35,886 bases of DNA from Candidatus Woesearchaeota archaeon (GTDB lineage Archaea; Nanobdellota; Nanobdellia; SCGC-AAA011-G17; JAFCDX01), in the NCBI GenBank assembly GCA_018302265.1, contig JAGVZV010000008.1, positions 1 to 35,886 on the forward strand, in the 5' to 3' direction. Under the pieces are notes generated by a model. That model was not told the DNA's origin, searched no databases, and saw only the letters and a list, made by a program, of their open reading frames with translations. Both the position numbers and the translations under genes were made by a program. Positions 17,918-24,793 of this stretch are shown here, piece after piece. The first letter of the stretch is position 1; each line of letters starts with the position of its first letter.

Positions 17918-19263
17918 TCTAACTCCTGTCCTAAATCCAAGAATACAGGATGACCCTTGCCGTTTGCAGCATATAATTTGGCTGCTTTTTTAGCTTCTTC
18001 CAATTTATTTTTTTGTATACAATTAATAACAGCCTGATAATTATTTCTGCTTTCAAGGAATCTTTTTTTAACGCCAGGCAGTTCGCTTGTTCCATCTCCA
18101 AGCAATGTTTTTACTGCATACAACAATAATGGATCTTTTCTGCTATCATCTTTTAATTTACTAGCAACACCATCAGTTAATCTTAACCTGTGCCATAATG
18201 CATAAGGAGCTACAGTCAGCATGTGCTCTAGATTTACTTCTTTTAAATCCTGCAACCATGCTAATGCCTGTGAATATCTTACTATGCTTTTATCCTCTCT
18301 TCTGCTTCCAGAACCCTCTATTAAATTGTATAGATAATGTCCCTCTTCTCCATTTATTGGATCATTGCTTCTTTTCTGCCCAAATTTAGGATGTGTGTTT
18401 AATTCTGAAATCAGGAAACTCAAATAAGTCAAAGCATCCTTGTCTAGTGCAATCTTTCCTATTTCGCTGTCTATTTCATTTAGTTCTTGCTCTGTCAGTG
18501 TCTCTAATCCATTTTGCTTTAATTCTTTTCTGAACACTTCAGATAAATCATTAAGGCTATTCCTTATTTCTTGATATGGCTTTCCTGAATTTAGCAATTC
18601 AATTATTTTATTTGAAATTTCAGGATTTTTTAATATAGCATCTTTAGCACCATAATAATCCTGGCTAATTGCTATAGCATTTGCTACTCCTGGGAATTTG
18701 CTTTCTGTAGCTACATCAAATCTATCTAAAATAGGGGGTATAAGTGAATTATTTCCTCTATCTTCATAATTACATGTAGCAAAAAATGGTTGTTTATCTT
18801 GGCTTATATGCTCATTAAGATAACCCCATTCTCCCCTATCTAATCCATCCAAAAGCATAGACTGGCTTGATTCTGGTATTCTATTAAATTCATCAACTAT
18901 TTTTTGTGGCACTAAAACAAAGTGTTGCCATACAACATGTTCCTGACCCTGATGCATTTTACCATAATCTGGTCTTCCAACTATCTTTTCTTGTGTTAGT
19001 TGTGGACTTCCACGGATAACCGCCCTTCTTACAATTTCAATTGGTAAATTATTAAATAAAGAATGCAAGTATTCTGCGCTTGTAGTCTTACCCCCACCAT
19101 ATTCACCAAATAATATTTGTCTCCCTCTATTAAGCTCTGTTAATACACCAAATAATAGAGAAGAATTGAATTTATCATTGCCAATATTTAAATCATCTCT
19201 ACATAAATAAAAATTATTCCTAATCTGTTCATATAAACCCTTAACCTTATCTTGATATTTCAT
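17914..19263 (-). CDS. MoxR-like AAA+ ATPase
   Basis: Walker A GEYGGGKT, Walker B IVDEFNR, ATCN sensor, ILDRFD arginine finger. Confidence 0.88.
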   Translation of the reverse strand: MKYQDKVKGLYEQIRNNFYLCRDDLNIGNDKFNSSLLFGVLTELNRGRQILFGEYGGGKTTSAEYLHSLFNNLPIEIVRRAVIRGSPQLTQEKIVGRPDYGKMHQGQEHVVWQHFVLVPQKIVDEFNRIPESSQSMLLDGLDRGEWGYLNEHISQDKQPFFATCNYEDRGNNSLIPPILDRFDVATESKFPGVANAIAISQDYYGAKDAILKNPEISNKIIELLNSGKPYQEIRNSLNDLSEVFRKELKQNGLETLTEQELNEIDSEIGKIALDKDALTYLSFLISELNTHPKFGQKRSNDPINGEEGHYLYNLIEGSGSRREDKSIVRYSQALAWLQDLKEVNLEHMLTVAPYALWHRLRLTDGVASKLKDDSRKDPLLLYAVKTLLGDGTSELPGVKKRFLESRNNYQAVINCIQKNKLEEAKKAAKLYAANGKGHPVFLDLGQELE

Positions 19264-19400
19264 CTTTTCTCCTCCTTCAGCAATTTCTCCAGACTGTATT
19301 CTATGACATGAGACCTGTTTCTAAATCTCCCATTTTCCAGCATAGAATCTATCAATTTTATCTTCTCTTCGTCCATTGACACACTTATTTTTTGCTTCAT
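19260..19400 (-). CDS. Ribbon-helix-helix (CopG/Arc/MetJ) regulator, 46 aa, below the ORF-track cutoff
   Basis: MKQKISVSMDEEKIKLIDSMLENGRFRNRSHVIEYSLEKLLKEEKR; TGA overlaps the ATPase ATG. Confidence 0.8.
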   Translation of the reverse strand: MKQKISVSMDEEKIKLIDSMLENGRFRNRSHVIEYSLEKLLKEEKR

Positions 19401-19432
19401 TTTATTAATTTATGCTACTTCGTAGTAGCAGA

Positions 19433-19479
19433 ACTTATTTATAAACCTTTTGGTTTGTTGTTATTTTATAGAAGTAACA
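19433..19479 (-). promoter_or_regulatory. BRE/TATA promoter plus imperfect palindrome, shared with the second DGR locus
   Basis: aaaaggTTTATAAAT on the minus strand; 19455-19479 matches 28397-28421 at 24/25. Confidence 0.7.
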
Positions 19480-19548
19480 CTAAATATCAACAACAACCCG
19501 AACTATAAAAGGTTTTTCCTTGATAAACATCTCGTTATAAGTTACAGC
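19480..19548 (-). pseudogene. Displaced 3' end of archease (AVTYNEMFIKEKPFIVRVVVDI*)
   Basis: 18/22 aa identical to the last 22 aa of 20820..21224; preceded in frame by TAG. Confidence 0.9.
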
Positions 19549-19600
19549 CTAAACATATAATAAACGAAAGTTATATATATTAGTAACTATTGTTTATTAT

Positions 19601-20239
19601 ATGATTCCGCTAATATTAAAATTGAAAAAAGCCCAGCATAAAGGTATTGCCCAAGCGCAGGATTTGATAATTAAAGAATTATATAATGTATTTAATGAGG
19701 CAGTTTTGCATGGAGGAACCAGTATCTGGAGATGCTATAAAGGGAATAGATTTTCAGAGGACATCGATGTTTATATCCAAAAAGATATAAAAAAATTAGA
19801 TGAATTATTTGACAGATTTAAAAAAATAGGGTTTATAATAGAAAAAAGAAAGATAACAGAAAACAGCCTGTACTCCAATTTGAAATTTAACAGAATTTCT
19901 GTAAGATTTGAGGCTTTATTTAAAAGAATAAATGGTGCACTGATGGAATATGAAAATAGCGATGGAAATGTTATTATGGTATATTCATTAACCCCAGAAG
20001 AGTTAATAAAAGAAAAGGTAAATGCTTATTTAAACAGGAATAAAATAAGGGATTTATATGATATATTTTTCTTATTAAAATATATTAAGGATAAGATAAG
20101 CATAAAAGAAAGTTTATCCAATCTAATAAAAAATTTTAAAGCTCCAACAGATGAAAAAGATTTAAAGATTTTAATTTTAGAGGGAATTGTTCCAAAAGCA
20201 GAAAAAATGATGGAATATATAAAAAATAAAAATGGGTAA
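19601..20239 (+). CDS. AbiEii-family nucleotidyltransferase toxin (type IV TA)
   Basis: LHGGTSI, RFSEDID, EKVNA..R..IRDLYD motifs. Confidence 0.9.
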   Translation: MIPLILKLKKAQHKGIAQAQDLIIKELYNVFNEAVLHGGTSIWRCYKGNRFSEDIDVYIQKDIKKLDELFDRFKKIGFIIEKRKITENSLYSNLKFNRISVRFEALFKRINGALMEYENSDGNVIMVYSLTPEELIKEKVNAYLNRNKIRDLYDIFFLLKYIKDKISIKESLSNLIKNFKAPTDEKDLKILILEGIVPKAEKMMEYIKNKNG

Positions 20240-20819
20240 GGAAAAATATCTCAAAGACATAGAAAATATTTTTAAAAAGAGTGCAGTAGTTGATGCTAAA
20301 TCCATAGAGCGTTTTATAAAAAGCAAAAAGAGAATAAAACAATATCAAAAACAGCTGATAAGAAACCTTATTTTAAAGGGAAAAATTAAAAGATTAACTA
20401 AGGGGTACTATAGTTTGTATGATGATCCTTCATTACTGGTGTTTTGTTTTAAGCCAGCATATTTGGGGCTGCAGGATGCTATGAGCTTCAATAATTTATG
20501 GGAGCAAGAAACAATACCTGTAATAATCACCTCCAAAAAAATAAGGCAGGGCATTAGAAAAGTATTTGGAAACAATGTCTTGATAAGAAGGATTAAAAAA
20601 AGATATATATTTGGGTTTGAATATCAAAAACAAAAAGACTATTATCTGCCTTATTCTAATATAGAAAAAACATTTATAGACATGATATATTTCAATCAAA
20701 AAATAAGTGAAGAAGATTTAAAAAACATTCTTAAACAAGTAAACAAGCAAAAATTAAAATCTTATCTTAAAATATATCCGTTAAAATTCAGGAAAAATAT
20801 TTTAAATTTTATTTCATAA
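20232..20819 (+). CDS. AbiEi-like antitoxin / transcriptional regulator
   Basis: GKIKRLTKGYY winged helix, AYLGLQDAMS, SNIEKTFID; overlaps the toxin stop. Confidence 0.8.
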   Translation: MGKEKYLKDIENIFKKSAVVDAKSIERFIKSKKRIKQYQKQLIRNLILKGKIKRLTKGYYSLYDDPSLLVFCFKPAYLGLQDAMSFNNLWEQETIPVIITSKKIRQGIRKVFGNNVLIRRIKKRYIFGFEYQKQKDYYLPYSNIEKTFIDMIYFNQKISEEDLKNILKQVNKQKLKSYLKIYPLKFRKNILNFIS

Positions 20820-21224
20820 TCAAATATCAACAACAACCTGAACCATATAAGGCTTTTCCTTTATCTCCATTTCATTGTATGTAACTGCCTTTATGTTTAT
20901 TTTTATATCATATTGATTATTGAATTTATCCCCAATCAGTTCAGCAGTTAATTCATTCCCATCAATTTTAATATTTCTAATTTTATGCAATAAAAACTTC
21001 TCTGTATCCAGCAATATAAGCAATTGTTCAAGAAAATTATATAATAAAGACTTTTTATCTGATCCTTTTACTTTTATCTTATGTGTTAATTTTGATTTTA
21101 TTTTATTATAATCTGTCATTACAGAAGTCATAGCCAAAGCTGCATTTGAAAATGCTTCTTCTAGTGATTTACCAAATGCCTGGAATTTAGCATCTGCTCT
21201 GTGCTCTAGAAATTTGTATTTCAT
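20820..21224 (-). CDS. Archease (RtcB cofactor)
   Basis: YKFLEHRAD..FQAFG.SLEEAF and IKAVTY...VVVDI motifs. Confidence 0.93.
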   Translation of the reverse strand: MKYKFLEHRADAKFQAFGKSLEEAFSNAALAMTSVMTDYNKIKSKLTHKIKVKGSDKKSLLYNFLEQLLILLDTEKFLLHKIRNIKIDGNELTAELIGDKFNNQYDIKINIKAVTYNEMEIKEKPYMVQVVVDI

Positions 21225-21226
21225 TT

Positions 21227-21628
21227 TTAACCTATTTTCTTATTTAACATAATTTCAAGTTTTTTTATTATATTTAATAATCTGTCTTTTTTATTTTTCA
21301 AGTAACTATTCTCTATTTCCTTCCCTTCATAAGAGCTTTTATTTCTTTTTATTCTCAAATCGTTTATTAAGTTTATTTCCAACTCATCCAGTTCTTTATA
21401 TTTTGAAAGTTCTTCTACCATCTCCTTGTGTGCATATTCTCCGATTGCCTTAATCCCATTTAGTAATAATACAGCAGTGACTAATTCTTTTATTATTTCA
21501 TAATAATTTTCTGCTGCATTTGTTGGAAATTTTGTTGAATCAATTGAAGAAACAAATTCTTTCCTGTTTTTTATTAATCTCAGCATGGATTTCGCTTTTT
21601 CCAGATCCGGAGTTACTTTGATTATCAT
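21227..21628 (-). CDS. HEPN-like protein, partner of the adjacent MNT
   Basis: YYEIIKEL..A..L..G...AH and LRIKRNKSSYEG pattern; coupled to an MNT gene. Confidence 0.65.
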   Translation of the reverse strand: MIIKVTPDLEKAKSMLRLIKNRKEFVSSIDSTKFPTNAAENYYEIIKELVTAVLLLNGIKAIGEYAHKEMVEELSKYKELDELEINLINDLRIKRNKSSYEGKEIENSYLKNKKDRLLNIIKKLEIMLNKKIG

Positions 21629-21629
21629 A

Positions 21630-22178
21630 TTAAAACACCTTCAGGTATCCCTTAAGAATTATGCCATTTATTATATTATTCTTCAATTCCTTAGGTATAT
21701 TTTTTATATTAGATTCAAATATCAAATGTATTTTTTTATCCAATTTTTCCTCAAATTTACTTAAATCTATTTTCTTTTCTTCCCCGATTATAAAGATATC
21801 AATATCTGATTCTTCTGTAAACTCCCCTTTTGAATAGCTCCCATACAAAACTATTACATCTGGTGAAAGAGAATTCCATAATTTATCAACTAATCCGCAG
21901 TCATTCAGCTCATAGATTATACTTATTTTTTTATATAAAATAAATTTTTCATTATCTCTTACTGCCTGATAAAAAGGGATCTCTCTCTTCTTGAATCTGC
22001 TGATTAAGCTTTCTTTCTCAAATTCCTTAAGATAATTCATGACAGATAAGGGTGATATTCTACTCAGCTTGCTTAATTCCCTAAGTCTAAATACTTCTGT
22101 TGGGGAGTCTAGAAAAACCTTCAAAAGCTTATATCTGTTATAATTTTGTAACATATGTAATAAAAATATAACACTCAT
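21630..22178 (-). CDS. wHTH plus minimal nucleotidyltransferase (MNT); real start probably 22154
   Basis: LRELSKLSRIS HTH; VLYGSYSKGE..EESDIDIF. Confidence 0.85.
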   Translation of the reverse strand: MSVIFLLHMLQNYNRYKLLKVFLDSPTEVFRLRELSKLSRISPLSVMNYLKEFEKESLISRFKKREIPFYQAVRDNEKFILYKKISIIYELNDCGLVDKLWNSLSPDVIVLYGSYSKGEFTEESDIDIFIIGEEKKIDLSKFEEKLDKKIHLIFESNIKNIPKELKNNIINGIILKGYLKVF

Positions 22179-22212
22179 TTAAATAGTTTTCTATTCTTAA
22201 TATTTTAAAGAG

Positions 22213-22304
22213 TGGGCCCGGAGGGATTTGAACCCTCGGCCTTCGCCTTGTAAGGGCAACGTCTTAACCATTGTCCATCAAATAAGATTCTGGACCACAG
22301 GCCC
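22213..22304 (-). tRNA. tRNA-Val(TAC) with a 19-nt D-loop intron at 15/16 (22271-22289)
   Basis: GGGCCTG/CGGGCCC acceptor stem, CT-TAC-AA loop, GTTCAAATC; GUCC/GGAC helix with AG|A and AA|U bulges. Confidence 0.88.
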
Positions 22305-22401
22305 AATATTGAATGAAAAATATCTTTTAAAAAGGTTTTGTTTAGTTATCTTACAGCACAAACACAAGGTTTATAAATAAATCTCTAAAATAGATAGGAT
22401 A

Positions 22402-23916
22402 ATGGAAGAGTCTCGAAAATTACCTGAATTGCCTGAGGAAATACCTGAAATTTCAAAGGAAGTTCAGAAAAAATTAGACGCTCTGAAGGTGAAATTAGAG
22501 CAGTTTAAGAAGTCAATTCTAAAGGAAAAGAACAACAATATAGTAGGAATTTCTTTACTGCCTCCAGAAAAAGAGAATAAGGATTTTATTAATGTTTTAG
22601 TCTTATTGAATACAGACAACGAGAAGGATCCAATAAGTTTCATAGATAGATCAATAAAATTTATTGAAAAACAGGCAACAGAAGTTGATAAAAACATAAA
22701 GCCAAGGATTATGTCTTTGTATGATCTAAAAGAATCCTGCTATGACGGCAAGTATGAAATTCTGAGGATGATTGCAATGTCCGCTCCGATACATGACCCG
22801 ATGGATGTCCTGTCAGCACTAAGAATTTCCGAGATACACAAGACAATGTCCCTTAAAAAATTTGAAAAATATATAGTCAGTTATGTTGCAGCAGGCTCAT
22901 TGTTCAGAGGAGAAAAGAGCAATGATATTGACATATACCTTGTTGTTGATGATACAGATGTTAAAAGAATGTCCAGAACAGAATTGAGGGATAAATTAGG
23001 GGCGATTATTCGTGGTATGGGTGCACAAGCAGCTGAATTAACAGGAATTAAAAAAACATTCCACATCCAAACCTATATTCTGACTGATTTTTGGGAGTCT
23101 ATAAAGGATGCCCACCCTGTTATTTTCACTTTACTGAGAGATGGTGTTCCATTATTTGATCGCGGTGTTTTCATGCCATGGAAATTATTATTAAAAATGG
23201 GGCGTATAAGGCCATCGCAAGAAGCAATTGAGATGCAGATGGATATAGGAGAAAGACTGATAGAAAGGACAAAATATAAATTATTAAGCGTTGTTGGGGA
23301 AGACTTGTATTATGCTGTCTTAAACCCGGCACAAGCCGCCCTAATGCTGTATGGCATAGCACCGCCAACCCCAAAAGAAACAATTGAGCTGCTTGACAAG
23401 ATATTTGTTAAGCAGGAAAAAATGCTTGAAAAGAAGTACGTTGACATTCTGGAAAAAATAAGGGTTTATTACAAGGATATTGAACACAGAAAGATCCAGA
23501 AAATATCAGGGAAAGATATAGATGAATTATTGATAAATTGTGAGGATTACTTAAAGAGAATAAAAAAACTATTCGAGCAGATACAAAAGAAAAAAGACAT
23601 TGAAAATGTGGAAGAAACATATGATTCCTGCACAAAGATAGCAAGGGAGATGATAGAATTAAACAAAATCAAGTTTACAGACGCGACCTTGTTAAGCTCA
23701 TTCAAACAAGTGATAGAGAAGGAAAAACTACCATCTCATCTGGGGGATATACTCAAACAAGTGATGTATATCAAAAGAGATTATAAAACAAAGAAACTAA
23801 CAACACAGGAGATAGAAAAGGTAAGGCGTGATGCTAGGATATACATGAAAAACTGTGTTGATTATATCCAGAGAAGAAACCTCTTTGAGTTAAGCAAAGT
23901 TAAAAAAGAAAAATAA
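22402..23916 (+). CDS. Nucleotidyltransferase-domain protein with a HEPN-like helical C-terminus
   Basis: AAGSLFRGEKSNDIDIYLVVDD; DLYYAVLNPAQAALMLYG. Confidence 0.75.
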   Translation: MEESRKLPELPEEIPEISKEVQKKLDALKVKLEQFKKSILKEKNNNIVGISLLPPEKENKDFINVLVLLNTDNEKDPISFIDRSIKFIEKQATEVDKNIKPRIMSLYDLKESCYDGKYEILRMIAMSAPIHDPMDVLSALRISEIHKTMSLKKFEKYIVSYVAAGSLFRGEKSNDIDIYLVVDDTDVKRMSRTELRDKLGAIIRGMGAQAAELTGIKKTFHIQTYILTDFWESIKDAHPVIFTLLRDGVPLFDRGVFMPWKLLLKMGRIRPSQEAIEMQMDIGERLIERTKYKLLSVVGEDLYYAVLNPAQAALMLYGIAPPTPKETIELLDKIFVKQEKMLEKKYVDILEKIRVYYKDIEHRKIQKISGKDIDELLINCEDYLKRIKKLFEQIQKKKDIENVEETYDSCTKIAREMIELNKIKFTDATLLSSFKQVIEKEKLPSHLGDILKQVMYIKRDYKTKKLTTQEIEKVRRDARIYMKNCVDYIQRRNLFELSKVKKEK

Positions 23917-23961
23917 GCATAATTAGAAAGCTTTTTAAATCTTAATTTTTGGAATAAAGTC

Positions 23962-24219
23962 ATGGAAGGTCTTATATTAAATTATAGGAGAAGCAGGCAT
24001 GTTCAGAGGAACAAGCACATGATCATAAGAGTTCCCAGTATAGACACAAAGGAAAAAGCAAGCAAATTGATTAATAAAAAAGTAATGTGGAAAAGCCCCA
24101 CAGGCAAGGAACTAACAGGTGTAATAAAAAGCACGCACGGCAATACAGGTGCTGTAAGGGTTATTTTTGATAAGGGGCTGCCTGGGCAGTCTATGGGGGA
24201 TAAAATAAAAATAGAATAA
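23962..24219 (+). CDS. rpl35ae: 50S ribosomal protein L35Ae
   Basis: YRRSRHVQ; G.I.STHGNTGAVRVIFDKGLPGQ. Confidence 0.93.
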   Translation: MEGLILNYRRSRHVQRNKHMIIRVPSIDTKEKASKLINKKVMWKSPTGKELTGVIKSTHGNTGAVRVIFDKGLPGQSMGDKIKIE

Positions 24220-24220
24220 A

Positions 24221-24745
24221 ATGTCAACATTAAGAAAAGGAAAGTGTTACAGAAATTTTACAAGACCGTACACCAGAAAGAGCAAATTCAAGAAGTATTC
24301 ATACATATCAACAATACCCGAGAGCAAGATAGTAAAATTCAACTTTGGAGATTCTAAAAAGAAGTTTAAGTACATAGCAAGGCTTGTATCAAGGTTCGAT
24401 CACAATATAAGACACAATGCTTTAGAATCAGCGAGACAGGTAGTTAACAGGGATTTAGAAACAACAGTTGGAAGTGCATATTTTATGCGTGTTAGTGTCT
24501 ATCCTCATCACATTCTAAGGGAGAATAAGATGTTAACAGGCGCTCATGCAGATAGATTGCAAACAGGAATGGCCCATGCGTTTGGAAAGCCTGTTGGAAG
24601 GGCTGCAAGAGTAAAAAAAGGCAAAGTAGTGATTATGGTTGGCATTGATGAGAATGGATTAGAAATAGTAAAAAAGGCGTACAAAAAGGTCATGCCCAAA
24701 TTACCAGGAACTTATAGTGTAGAAATAGAACAACTAAATAAATAG
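24221..24745 (+). CDS. rpl10e: 50S ribosomal protein L10e (uL16)
   Basis: ALESARQ, YPHHILRENKMLTGAHADRLQTGMAHAFGKP. Confidence 0.95.
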   Translation: MSTLRKGKCYRNFTRPYTRKSKFKKYSYISTIPESKIVKFNFGDSKKKFKYIARLVSRFDHNIRHNALESARQVVNRDLETTVGSAYFMRVSVYPHHILRENKMLTGAHADRLQTGMAHAFGKPVGRAARVKKGKVVIMVGIDENGLEIVKKAYKKVMPKLPGTYSVEIEQLNK

Positions 24746-24793
24746 CTTTTTATATTTCTAAATATCATACTTAACACAATAAAAGAGGATTAA

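Larger units (their letters stand above)
12540..19479 (-). mobile_element. Multi-target DGR island (RHH, MoxR, target 3, vWA, target 2, target 1, leader/TR, RT)
   Basis: One TR, three VRs with adenine-specific differences, RT; genes coupled by ATGA overlaps or 2-nt gaps; lies between an archease 3' end and rtcB. Confidence 0.9.

Noticed and set aside
19549..20888. AbiE insert as a spliced intron of archease
   Set aside because: The junction complementarity does not give a BHB whose cuts keep the frame, and archease is already complete
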